From contig JALDZS010000150.1 in NCBI GenBank assembly GCA_022813965.1, forward strand, positions 1 through 60,231: DNA of 60,231 nucleotides. Direction: 5' to 3'. This DNA is from Toensbergia leucococca (lineage: Eukaryota). The notes beneath the pieces are model-generated. The model made no database searches. It was not told where the DNA came from and saw only the letters and a program-made list of their open reading frames with translations. The position numbers were made by a program, and so were the translations under genes. The stretch's first letter is position 1, and each line of letters opens with the position of its first letter. Below are positions 26,481-38,100 of the stretch, one piece after another.

Positions 26481-28303
26481 GGGCTCCTATGTTAGGCAAG
26501 ACCACGTCTCGCTGAACAAACAGTTGCATGAATGCTTCAAAGATGCTGCAACGCCTTATTTTAGCGGTGATGAGCTTAGCAAAACAGATGTTGCTCAACA
26601 ATCTTTCCGCATAGTGAATGCTGAATCCATGGATTCGGCTAGAGAAAGACAAAGACAAGTCTCGACGCATTCTTTGCCAACTTCATACTACAGTACTGGA
26701 TGAACTTGGAAGCTCTACACTGCAATGTTGGCCACGTCCCACGCATTCATGTATCGCATGAGCTAATGCTCCATAGCCTCTCCGGGCCACAAGCTGTCAT
26801 TCTATCAACCAGCTGCTTTACCAATCCGATCTCAATTCGATGCCCTCTCCAAAGCCGATAAACACGACCAAGTCTCATCATCCAAAACCCCAGTGCTCTT
26901 TCGAACTTGGGATAGTCTCTCTTTTTGAATTGCAGTACCCTCGGAGACTAGTCTTTGTTTCCTCTCCAAACCGAATGGTAGGAGGGCATTTGTTAAACGG
27001 ACAAAGGACATCCTCAAAAGCCGCTTCCATCTCCCTAGGGAGGTAAGGATGTCTGACAAGCCAATGAAGGCGAGGTAAACAAGAACATCGGCGCCCACAA
27101 TCAATTCTAGTGCCGAACACAAGAAGAAATGGTTGACACGACTGGTTAGGGATACCCTTACTAAGGGCACATATACCTATGGCTTGTGCCGCGGTATAGG
27201 CTTTGTGAGCGAGCTTCGTCAGACTGACGATGTGATATCGAGATTGAAGTATACACCAGGTCTCGTGATGACTTCAAGAAGACATTTCGGTGTAGAAGAG
27301 CTATGCGGGACATCTTCACCTTTCAGTGCTCGTCTTGGAGGTTTGCAGCATGCAGACCAAGTATCCATCTTTCAACCCATACATGCTCTGAAATCGAGAG
27401 AAGAGTATTCAAACTTGTCTCGATGCTTTCCGTTGCCGGCATTTACCGTCACCAACATCATTCGCCTGTGCTTGCAAAATCATGATTCTGAGTCAACCGG
27501 AGCAGACGTTATGCCAGAAGCCTACCATACCGGTACTGAGCCCAGCACAGGCATTAAAAGCAGCCGCGAAGTACGTAAATTTCCGTTCGTAAGCATAGAG
27601 GCCTCGCAATGCGCACCGTGATCACTCTTGATCTTCAGATATACATATACCGGCGAGTGGACCTCCGCTTTAGCACAGACCAGAAGGTCTTGCAAGAAAT
27701 ATAGGTAAAATCGCAGCCCTCATGTAGGCGATTCTTTCTACGCAGTGTAGAATAACGTGCTCAAGACTTTTGAATCATTCAGATTGCATAGCTAGACGGA
27801 ACGAAGCTGAGGCAGGGAAATGCAAGCAATGATGGAAAGCTGACAAGGCAGGTGCTCAACGCCGTACGGCACGTATTGGAGTAGGTTTGCAAAAAAACAC
27901 GAGATATGCAGGATGCGAAAGCGCCAAAACGGAACATGAAAGGCTTACGAAGAACCCAAAGATGACCCTCAACCTAGGATATCCGATAACTCTTACCTGG
28001 GGTCTTTCATGTAGCCCGAACCACGCAACACATCAGACAAAGCACCCCATATGTAACCAGAGCATAGTGCCCAGGAAGAAGTGCTGACGCGCGTCTCCAT
28101 CTAGAGATCTGACCAATTGCGGCGCATAGCATATCCAACTCACGGTCTCAAGGGACTCTGGACGTCAACAATCCTTTTCACTCCCTTCTACCAATGACCA
28201 TTTGATCAGAGACCAAAGAACCAAAAGCATCGAGAAGCTAATCAGGGATTTGACAGCTATAACCGCGAAACTACATCCTCAAAAGGACGTGACCGATAAG
28301 TAC

Positions 28304-28324
28304 TTAGGGTTAAGTTCCGAAACT
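28304..28324 (-). other. TER template (1.5 TTAGGG repeats) plus template-boundary hairpin
   Basis: Plus strand TTAGGGTTA at 28304-28312. Minus-strand hairpin AGUU-UCGG-AACU ends at the base immediately 5' of the template. Confidence 0.85.
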
Positions 28325-28787
28325 CATCCTCCCCGCACTGCCCTTTACAGTCTTTCGACTGCAGTACCCCAAACACGAGATGCTAGATCCTATATGAGAC
28401 CATGCCGCGAGGCTCAGGAAGTAACGTTCGCGGGTGGAGCACAGGTGCGTACGAGGGGCGTTTAGACATTCCTTTGCACAAGGCTGGAAGATGAGGTTCG
28501 GGAGACTATGGGAAGGGTGCACTGCTTTTGTTCTGTACAAGCTCGTTGCCGAGCGAGAGACTTGGAGGATGATGAGACTGTGAACATGATATACCATTTC
28601 TAGAGGGTTGAGCAATCGAGATTGGACTTGATTGTAGGTAAAAGCAGACAAGGCAAGTAGTCAGGCTCGTGAAGAGATTTGACTAAGAACACCAGAATCA
28701 AGGAAGTTGTTTGTTGTGGAAGCATGGCCTGGTACGGAGTAGTTGGGGACTGAAGGTTAGAGAAGACGGGAAGTTGGAACTGAAGTT

Positions 28788-28793
28788 ACGCGT
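28788..28793. promoter_or_regulatory. MCB-like ACGCGT box in the divergent TER/RTP1 promoter
   Basis: Palindromic ACGCGT followed on the minus strand by a pyrimidine-rich tract. A single 6-mer could be chance. Confidence 0.3.
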
Positions 28794-29010
28794 AGCCGTA
28801 GGGCTGATGAATAACACGCTAGTATTAGTGGTATCAATACCGAGAATATCAAATTCCCTGATTAGGCCTAGTGCATCAAGTGCTTAGTCTGGAGAGTGAG
28901 GGTCTTTAGATCTTCAGATATTCAATAATTCTTGTATCCACGTCTAAAATCAACACAATCTTGTGCTCTGCTGAAACAAGCCCGACCATTTAAGCTAGAG
29001 GTCTTGCAAC

Positions 29011-32000
29011 ATGTCAGCCAAACCTCAGCTGGTGGCAGCCAGTTTCTTTCTAGCTCCTGTTCTGTCCAGAGGTAGTCTTCTGAAGAAGACTTTGAAATTG
29101 ATGTACTGACCCACTAATACAGAATCTATTGCTGAAACCAGAGGGCAGTCTGTGATAGATCGTCTAGGTAGCAATATTGGGACATCGCTAGACCAGGACT
29201 CTACGCCTAGGAACGCTGTTATTAGAAAAGCTCTTACTCTTCTCCTAGACATTCATTACTGCCTCACTAAAACATCTTCTGGACAGCATTCAGATGACAT
29301 TCTCCATGATTCTACTAATCGAAAAGTCATCAACGGGCTCTTGGACTTGATCTCAATTGAGGGCATCTATCCGTTTTTATCTCCTGGTGTTGGTGTTCCT
29401 ATTGAACGGCGAGTCAAGTCGGTTCTGCAAAATGCTGTCGTGAAAGAATCACCTCAATCAGAGAGTCGCAGCGAGAATCTAGATAAGGAGCTTCTCACCG
29501 AGATTATCGACAGCCTCTATGAAATTTCTGAGGCTAAGGGCAGTGGCTTAAATTCAGCACTTCAGACAAGAACCCTTGTGGATCTTATTTCTGGGGCCGG
29601 CGAATTGGCCTTTGCGGATCCGATTCAAGATGAGCAGAGAAGCAAGACCTACGTTCGCATATTTAATAATATATTGGATGGGTATGTCTCTCTTTTTGCA
29701 CTTTCAGTGACCCTCAATAGATAGCACAGATAAAACCGCCTTCAATTGATCTTTTAATGAAACTGAAAGCGTCTGCTTAGAACCGCATCCTCAGTGCTTT
29801 TTCCTATATTGCTGTCTCTTCTCCAGCCTACGACTCCTTCATGGTTCCAATCTCACTTGTCAACGACATTATCTCTGCTGCCCACGCGAGCTGAAGGCGT
29901 AAGGCATACAATTGGCTTTATGGCTAGAACTGCGCCAGAAGATGCGTATGGACTAGATTCACAAGCGGTGAACAAAGTCAACTCGTCGTCTGGCCCATCT
30001 ATACCGTTGGATGTATTGGCCCGTGTATCGAAACTATTAACCGCAGTCCCGAGCTCTATAACTGCTGACACCTATTTCTCGGCCATCGCACCGCAGCTCC
30101 TAACGCTTCTAGACGATAAAGATACCGACATGGTTCGAGCAGCAGCATATATCATTGGAAATGGCATTCTGGGGCGAAGGAATTATGGCGCTCCTGGAAC
30201 GCTCGGTTGGAACCTCTTCGCGCAACCGATCCTCGATATCATTAATCCTTCCACGTTAGCACTGGGTCTTACAGAAAGATTAGAGGTAGATAAGAATGGC
30301 AATGAATCCCTAAGGGTTGTTGTGCCGGAAGCACAACTCAGTAGAGCTCTAGACCATCTATCTGCTTTGACGCTATTGCATCCAAATCCAGGGTTGACAA
30401 AAAGACTCATCGGTCCTCTATCACTTTCTTTGTGGGGACTACATTGCTATGCTAATGAAACTCATAATTCAGCCTGGTCTGAGAAAACTTATCGAATACT
30501 TCACACCTTTTTGAGGGTATCTGCAGATGTTCAGCAAGTAATGCGACTTTCCGATCAGCTTCTATGGGATGGGAAATCAGGAGGGACCTTCAGCCGTGGA
30601 CCAGATGGAGGCATCGAAATACGTCAACGGTTCAAGGACCTCTTTGTGCACCCTGACATAGATGCAATAATGCGAAAAATTGATAGCCGTATTGCTGGAT
30701 TTTTGGACTTGTTAAAGTCAGGGACTCTCGACCACGATGATTTTGGTACTGTCTTTATATACGTTAGTAAACAGTGGCTTCTAGGAAACTCGGGGAATGG
30801 CACACCCGACGTATTGGGGGTTGATGATAACAATGATCACGATCCTCTCCAAAAACTGGTTTTCGCCAAGTTGACGCAGAAGATGCTGCAGGAAAACAAA
30901 GACCAACTTGCGGCGAGTCCTGAAAGAATTATTGAGCTTGTGACGCATCTTTTTGATGCCTTTCCTCAAGAGCATGATCAGTACCAGCGCCAGCATAACA
31001 AAACACTGCAACCATCACTGGCTGGACTAGGCACAATTGTTGAAACTGACCAAGAACAAGGAATTTCTGGTGCCACCCCAAAATCTTCTATCGGACAAGA
31101 ATCCACAGAGTTCGTCTCTCTAGGGCTCAGCCTGCTCTCCGCAATGCTTTCGTCCCCAGAGTTCTCTCTTAAACCCCAGACTATAAGCCTTCTTAAAGCA
31201 CTCCAACCCACTCTCTTAAAAATTGCATCTCTCAGCTACTCCCTCGACTCCACTATCACCATGACCGCTCGAAACGTGTCAGCCCTGATAGATCTCCACA
31301 TATCCCTAGCAAACCCAACTCCCACAGCCTCCAAATCGCCAGATCGCTACGCCTCCGATCGTAAAACCCATCATCAAGCTCTCACATATCTAGCGGACCT
31401 TCTCCCTCCCGTTCGCGCCCATGGTATCTCACTACTCACGGCCCTAGTAAGCAAAGCTTCTCCCGTCCTAGACATCCCCTCTACCACAATTCTACTGCTC
31501 TCTCTGCTTCAAGATGAAGACGATTTCATTTATCTTTCCGCAATCAAGACCCTTGGTATACTAGCGTCTAGACATTCAAAAATGGTGGTCAAAATGCTTG
31601 TCGAGCGGTATGTAGACCCTGAAGAGGAGGTAGGACTGGATGTACGAATCAGGATTGGGGAGGCATTATTAAAGACCGTAGAGAGTCTAGGGGCAGCGCT
31701 GGCAGGCGAAGTTGCAAGGGAAGTGGGAGAGGGAATGATTGCTGTGGCGGGAAGAAGGAGTAGGAAAATCAAGGGGATGAAGGAAAGAGAGAGAAGATTA
31801 CAGAAGGAGCAAGGAAGGCGAAAGGAAGTCAACGAGGCCTGGGGAGGGAAGGTCCCGGATATCGGAGACGAGGAAGAAGACAATGAAGTGAGTCAAGGAA
31901 TGGCAAAAGTGCTCGATGGTTGGGAAGGAATGAATGGCGAGGACGACGTGAGGATAAGAACGTCCGCTCTCTCTGTCCTCGGGATAGCGATTGAAACGCA

Positions 32001-32442
32001 CGTCGCGGGTATGGGCTCGACAACCGTCTCCACAGCCATAGATCTTGCGATTGCAATCCTAAAACTCGAAATCACGTCGGACAAGGCAATCTTGAGGCGT
32101 GCGGCTGTGATGGTCATCATGAGTCTGGTCAGAGGTCTTGACAGAGCGGGCGAAGAGGGGAAAACACTGGGCTTCGGCTTTGCGGGGGAGAATCTCGCAG
32201 AGGTCATTACGGTCTTGCAGTATGTACAGGCAACGGATGCAGATGATGTGGTTGTCGGGCATGTCAAGGCCGTGGTGGAAAGTTTGGAAGCGTGGCAGTC
32301 AAAAAGTCTTCTTGGCATGTCGGCATCGCAGCGAGGAGAGCTAGGTCCCAGTCTCGGACTTGAAGGTGGTCGACTGGCAGGTCTATCAGTGAATCCAAAA
32401 GCGTCGGGGGGATCTCGCCCTCTGATCGAAGAAATCGAGTAG
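29011..32442 (+). CDS. RTP1: Rtp1/TANGO6-like HEAT/ARM-repeat protein (RNA Pol II nuclear import factor)
   Basis: LLDLISIEGIYPFLSPGVGVPIERR, RAEGVRHTI, PPVRAHGI, LLQDEDDFIYLSAI, RIRIGEALL, LRRAAV. Introns ~29073-29122 and ~29682-29780. Confidence 0.85.
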
Positions 32443-32651
32443 CTATGTCCAAATCCGTTAAACTTTTTGGCTTGGGTATATCTCAATCTCCAACACCGGG
32501 CGCGACATCCAGTGACTGGTACAGAGTAGTGCGTGACTTTTCGAGACTTTTCGGCCTTCGATCCATGCCCGATCGCCACACCATATGACCTTGACGTTCG
32601 CAACCTCCCCGGTAACCCTCTACCACCTTCCCTTACCACCCCTCCTCCCCC

Positions 32652-33240
32652 TCACCCCTCCATAGTAGTATCCTCCCCCTTCACACCCTTCGCCCCAGAT
32701 ATCCAAAGCACATTATTACACCTAACCTCCCCATCCAAAATCAGCAAAGACAAAAACTCAAACCCACGTCCCCAAAACTCCCCCTCCACCACCACCCCCT
32801 ATAAAAAAGAACCCCCCCACAAAAAAAAAGGGTAAAGAAAAACACCAGGAAAAACGCACCGTATAAGCACCTGCCCCAAACTCCCCGTACTCTTCCCATC
32901 AATAAACTCCTCCGTCCCCGCCAACTGCACGTTCATGTACGAATCCACGCTGATCAGCCGGCCCTTGTATTCCGTCTGGCCCCATTTCAGCCGGATGACG
33001 ACTTCTTCGTTGACTCTGTAATTTCCCCCCCGCATTCGGGGACAGTTGGTCAGCCAAAAAAAAACATGATACTCCTGGGATTTGTGAAGTGGGGCTGGCT
33101 GGGTTTGAAGGGGAGTTAAGGGGGGGTGGGTTACAGGGATTGCAGCATTGGCCGCGGGTTTAGGGGGACGAACTGCGGGTGGCGAGAGTTAGCTGAGGTT
33201 CTTTTTGGAAGGGGGAAAGGAGGGGGGAAGGTACGCTCAT
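32652..33240 (-). CDS. SMX3: Small nuclear ribonucleoprotein SmF
   Basis: [65 protein letters not shown]; three introns, 6-nt first coding exon. Confidence 0.95.
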
Positions 33241-33588
33241 GGTGAGGAGGGCGGGTGGGAGGTTGAGGTGGGGTGGTTTTGTGGGAGGGTTCTTGGCTTT
33301 CGATGCGAGATGGTTTTCGCGTTTGTTGGAGGAAGAACGATTTTCCGCTGGCGCATAAGTATCTGGCGCGCTTTCCGCGGCGGCCGATAGGGGGGCTGTT
33401 TATTACCGCCCCCCCGCTTCCCAGCTCTGCCCTACAATTTCTCTCAACAACGCAAAACGAATCCTGAATGCGCCATGTGCGCCTGAACATCGCCATCACA
33501 AGCCTTCCTTCCATCTCTCTAAAGCACGAAAACAATGCGCAAAACCCCTACCCGGCCAATCTCATAACCCACCCTCCTCAAAAGCGCA

Positions 33589-34016
33589 ATGACCACCCCG
33601 CCCTCGCGCTCCCCCTCCCCATCCTCCGAATCCATCACCCCCCTCGAACAAGAAGTCCTAGATGAATACACGCGCCTTTTGCAAAACCTCAACAAAGTAA
33701 CCCCTCCTCCCCCCTTTCCCCCCGGGGCTCCTCTCTTATCTCTCCAACCAACAAAAACAAACACCTCCCCTCATCCCACATAACAGCCTTTGCGACAAAA
33801 AAAAAAAAACTGAAGGCTGATCAAAAGCCGCGGGCGAAACAGCTTTCGCAGAACATAAACGAGTTGGCGGATCGGCCGGTGGGGGAGGTGCTGGATGGGC
33901 TGAGGATACTGGAGCGGAAGACGAGTTTGGTGTGTACGTTGCTCAAGGCGAGTGTTTATAGTATTGTACTGCAGCAGCAGATTTATAGTGGGGGGGATGA
34001 GGGGGAAGGTGGGTGA
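33589..34016 (+). CDS. DAD3: DASH/Dam1 complex subunit Dad3
   Basis: TPLEQEVLDEYTRLLQNLNK/LS..LDGLRILERKTSLVCTLLKASVYSIVLQQ; intron 33697-33842. Confidence 0.95.
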
Positions 34017-34199
34017 TGGGGAGGAAGGTGTTGGAAGGTTGGGGGATTGGGGCGAAGGGGGTTATGGACGATGGGCCTTCTTCGCAGAGGATGTATGGTT
34101 GTGCTTTATGCCTTTATGCATGGATGAGGTATGGATGAGATGTTGGTATTGGCACTGCCGGTTCTATTGTTCTATGTACAGGCTGGGTATGATACAGCG

Positions 34200-35466
34200 C
34201 TACAAGTTCCCACCATAGTACACCTTGCGCACGTCAACGAGTTTCTTCCCCCTCCCCCTGGCCACATCTTCCGGCAGCCGCTGGCTGAGTAGGGCTTGCA
34301 ACGTTGCTTTGACGGTGTTCATTGGGTTGCGAGCTCTCGTGACTCGAGCTGCCAGATCCGATATACCTGCACACTTGCACATTTCGTATATGGAAGCCTG
34401 GCATCGAATGCCAAAGCCTAGTCTTGCTTAGCGAAAGGTATCTCTGGATAGAATAGAATAAATACGTACCCGGTGGTCTGGTCATTAACTCCAACTCTGT
34501 CGCTCCCACTTTACCCTTCACGTCACCGTAGATGGTCCGATACTCATATCTCGGAATGGGCTGCAAAGTTCTGATCGCTGCCATGGTAGCCTGTCTTCTG
34601 GCATCCTCGGGCTCCGCGGCTTTTCCTTCTCCAATACCCAGCAAGCCCTTCTGGTTGCCAGCCACAGCCAAGAAATAAACGCTGCTGATCTTTCCCATCC
34701 TTGTCTGATTGACCACCCGATGCTCCAGCAAAATCTTCGTCCGGAATTGTCTAATCTCGCGGGCGGTATAGCCAGTCTGTAGCATCAGTCTCCGGGTGGG
34801 CACGTCCACCTCTTCAGCTCCACTTGTCGCTGCCGCGCCATATATCCTTTTGTAATCCGCTAACTTGGGGATTGCCGGGGCTAGGGAGCTTCGAGGATTG
34901 AGCTCTGCTTCGGGCTTTCCGACGGTCAGGCGTTGTTTATCGAAAAATTTCCGCCATTCCAATGCGGCGTCTTCTTCGGCGCTTTTGCTGTTCGGATCGA
35001 TTTCGGGGAGACTCTGCGCCCAATTCGCAATATCTTCTGCAATCTCATCTTCATCTTTGAACCTCTGATTTGGATCGTAATTGCTCTCTGGTGCTCGGAT
35101 GGGTTTGTCCACGACGGGACGGATGATTGATAGATCGTCAATGTATGGTAGAGCAAAGGGATCAATTCGTATAGCTCCTTGGGTTACTAGGTCATTGGGG
35201 TCCACGGCAGCTTCTCCAGCTTCGATGGCGACAAGTTGATCAGGGGTATATCTTTCGGCCAAGAGTTTTTTTTCCGAGTCCGTGTATGGCTTCACGTGGT
35301 CGACAGTAACCTTCTTCGTTAGACCTCGTTCTTTAGAAGGTTCGAGGCCTGTATGTTTGGAGTTTTGGCGCAGATGGAGGGAGGAGTGGAATTCCTGTCG
35401 GGGAAGCGTTCGAGCCGGGGCTCGTGACTTTGAGAAGGCAATTCGCAAGGGGCGAGAGAGACTCAT
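34200..35466 (-). CDS. MRPS5: Mitochondrial small-subunit ribosomal protein S5 (uS5m)
   Basis: YTPDQLVAIEAGEAAVDP, VVNQTRMGKI, IPRYEYRTIYG, RPPG/FGIRCQ, RNPMNTVKA, ARGRGKKLVDVRKVYY; intron 34418-34469. Confidence 0.95.
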
Positions 35467-35691
35467 GATTCGATCCTTTTCAAGAGCTGGATTACCTCCT
35501 CCACCTCGTCTCCTCTCCGGTTTTTGTGTTATAGATAATGTTGACAAAACAGTGCTTGGAGGTTCATGACTTTGTGCACCACTACTAGCGCGACTTGCAC
35601 AAATCCTACTCTAGAATAAATAGTTCTACTCTAACATAAAATTCACAACGGTGCTGTCCCATATTTCTCCTCTCAAAAATGCAAGTTCTCC

Positions 35692-37497
35692 ATGTGGTGC
35701 TCGCACAGATTGTTATATACATTGAGAAGTGAATTGGCGTGGAGGAGGAAATCCTCTTCAATCTCTTCAATTCTCCAATCCGAAGCAATGACGAGGAAGA
35801 AAAATTGGCCCAAGTGGAATCATTCATCAAAACGGCAAAAGGGCCATTTTGAATCTACTCAAACTGGCTCTAATGAAGAAGTACTTCTTGCCGACGTTGA
35901 ATATCTGCTATCTTCCCAAAGGAAAGCAACACCTCTTGGTAGCAAGGATACTGAAAATGAAACGCACCTGACCCCTGAATCTTCTTTCTCTCCGCCAGAA
36001 AAATTCAGCGAGGTTGAGGTTAGAATATCTGAGATCTCATCGACGGGGGATGGACTTGGTTTATCGTCCAATTCCGATCATGTCTTTGTTGTGCCCTTTA
36101 CAGTCCCTGGCGATCTTGTCAAGGCAAAAGTTATCAATTATTTCCAAAAGCAAAATTACACCATAACAGACTTTGTTGCTGTTGTAGAACCAGCGAAGCA
36201 ACGTAATGATGCTCTTATACGCTGTCCGTACTTCTCTAGATGTGGTGGCTGCCAGCTTCAGATGCTGTCCTATGAGGATCAATTGGCGCACAAGAAATCT
36301 ATCATTGAAAAAGCCTATCGGAACTTCTCTGCTCTGACTCCAGAAGTCGTGCCCGCAGTCGGAGAGACAATTGGCTCTCCTTTACAATATGGGTATCGCA
36401 CAAAGTTGACGCCACACTTCGATGGACCGCCAGGAAGCCTCCGTCGTCGGGGAAAGCGTGATGGAGAAGAGGACCCAAAGTTCTCTGAAGTTCCTCCGAT
36501 TGGTTTCAATTTGAAAGGAACGCGGAAAACCATCGATATCGAGGAATGTCCCATTGCAACTGATGCGGTAGTATTAGGTCTCGGAAAGGAGAGAGAAAGG
36601 GTGGCTAGAGAGCTTTCTCGGTACAGAAGAGGAGCGACCCTGCTATTGAGAGAAAATACCACTAGAAGATACAAGAATCTTCCGGGTAACGACCATGGCT
36701 CCGAGTCCTCTACAGGGGATGAAGAGGCAATCCAGGCATTGGACGAACAAAAGAACAGCACGGCCAGCCCAAATCATCTCAAAGAACCAACTGCCACCAA
36801 ACCCAAAGAAGGCATCATCCGCACAGAATTCCCAGACTACATTGAAGAAAAAACCTGCATCACAGACTCCAACGCCACCTCAACCGAATACATCACCAAC
36901 CACAAACTCTCCAACCCAGCCGGCGCCTTCTTCCAAAACAACAACTCCATCCTCCCAACCTTCACCGCCTACATCCGCGCCCACATCCTGCCCCCAACCC
37001 CCACCACAACAACAACAAATCCCTCTCTCAAATACCTAATCGACGCCTACTGCGGCTCAGGCCTCTTCACAATCACCCTCTCCGCCCTCTTCACCTCCAC
37101 GACCGGCATCGACATCGCCGGCGCCTCCATCGCCTCGGCCCGCCAAAACGCCGCCGCAAACGCCCTCCCAAACGCCACCTTCCACACCGCCGACGCCGCC
37201 GCCCTCTTCAAAGAAATCGCCTACCCTCCCCACGAAACCGTCGTTATCATCGATCCGCCGCGCAAAGGCTGCGATGAGGCGTTTTTGAGCCAGTTGCTGC
37301 GGTTTGGGCCCCGGAGGGTGGTGTATGTGAGCTGCAATGTGCATACGCAGGCGAGGGATGTGGGGGTGTTGGTGGAGGGGAGGGAGGGGGTTCGGTTTGA
37401 TGTTGAGAGTTTGAGGGGGTTTGACTTTTTTCCGCAGACGGGGCATGTGGAGGGGGTGGCTGTTTTGAGGAGGGCGGATGGGGGGGTTGGGGATTGA
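35692..37497 (+). CDS. TRM2: tRNA (uracil-5-)-methyltransferase Trm2
   Basis: TRAM region, CPYFSRCGGCQLQ, YGYRTKLTPHF, AFFQNN, DAYCGSGLF, IDPPRKGC, YVSCN, DFFPQTGHVE. Start may be the ATG at 35788. Confidence 0.95.
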   Translation: MWCSHRLLYTLRSELAWRRKSSSISSILQSEAMTRKKNWPKWNHSSKRQKGHFESTQTGSNEEVLLADVEYLLSSQRKATPLGSKDTENETHLTPESSFSPPEKFSEVEVRISEISSTGDGLGLSSNSDHVFVVPFTVPGDLVKAKVINYFQKQNYTITDFVAVVEPAKQRNDALIRCPYFSRCGGCQLQMLSYEDQLAHKKSIIEKAYRNFSALTPEVVPAVGETIGSPLQYGYRTKLTPHFDGPPGSLRRRGKRDGEEDPKFSEVPPIGFNLKGTRKTIDIEECPIATDAVVLGLGKERERVARELSRYRRGATLLLRENTTRRYKNLPGNDHGSESSTGDEEAIQALDEQKNSTASPNHLKEPTATKPKEGIIRTEFPDYIEEKTCITDSNATSTEYITNHKLSNPAGAFFQNNNSILPTFTAYIRAHILPPTPTTTTTNPSLKYLIDAYCGSGLFTITLSALFTSTTGIDIAGASIASARQNAAANALPNATFHTADAAALFKEIAYPPHETVVIIDPPRKGCDEAFLSQLLRFGPRRVVYVSCNVHTQARDVGVLVEGREGVRFDVESLRGFDFFPQTGHVEGVAVLRRADGGVGD

Positions 37498-38100
37498 GGG
37501 GTGAGTTTGGCTGATTTTGGGGCATTTGATTGTATGAGATTTTTTTTTTTCATGTTAGATTTTGAGCAGTCGATTCGGTGGATATGTTGGATTGGGCTGT
37601 TTTGAGTACCTCCTGGACTCATTTCTACTCTACTGCAGCGACGGCATAAGATGGGCAGTCCTTGCATGGGACACACATATATACAGTCTTGTTGGTGATC
37701 CTCTACTTCGTTAAAACCAGACCCGAAATCGCGGGGTGTATATAATGCCCGAGCTCCCATTTTCTGGAGAATACTGAAGATGCGAACTCTGGCTGTTCCG
37801 GTGTCAATAGAGTCTTGGAAAATTCGTCACATTGCATGGGGAAACTTGGTATTGCTAGGAGAGGCCCTCGGCATTTGAAGCAAAGGATTTCTTTGGTCAT
37901 TTTAGATAATAGCAGCAAAGTGCATGTGGCAAAGCAATAGACAGGTTTCTGATCACATGGGATTGAATTTTCAAAAAGTAAACTCCACATTCTCAATTTT
38001 CTTGAAAAAAAAAGATTTTTATAAATGATACAAAACTATTTTTACAAAACTTGTTATTCGTTCATCTATGAGCCACCAATGAGAACCCTGTGCGAAAGCT

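Larger units (their letters stand above)
26060..28740 (-). ncRNA. TER: Telomerase RNA (TER). The 3' end at 26060 is predicted from the terminal-intron donor; the 5' end is approximate (about 28655-28760).
   Basis: Template 5'-UAACCCUAA at 28312-28304 with an abutting hairpin at 28324-28313. CR4/5 junction at 26480-26426 with P6.1 AAGC-UUAGU-GCUU. Nested 5'-3' helices. U10 tract followed by AUAAGU...GCUAAC...CAG intron. No credible ORF in the interval. Confidence 0.9.

Noticed and set aside
26015..28651. Short ORFs (60-162 aa) on both strands of the 26-28.7 kb gap
   Set aside because: No recognisable motifs or coherent exon chain; better explained as chance ORFs within the ncRNA.
28805..28861. 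TGATGA...CTGA resembling a box C/D snoRNA
   Set aside because: Too short, weak terminal stem, no rRNA-complementary guide I could recognise, and it sits in a promoter.
31893..32639. Long antisense ORFs (here and at 10366-10977, 37221-37760, 43996-44601, 50215-50877)
   Set aside because: Shadows of real genes, favoured by GC-skewed codon use.
32652..34016. SmF and DAD3 close to TER as a functional cluster
   Set aside because: Sm proteins bind fungal TERs, but proximity in a housekeeping block is adequately explained by chance; no shared regulatory signal seen.
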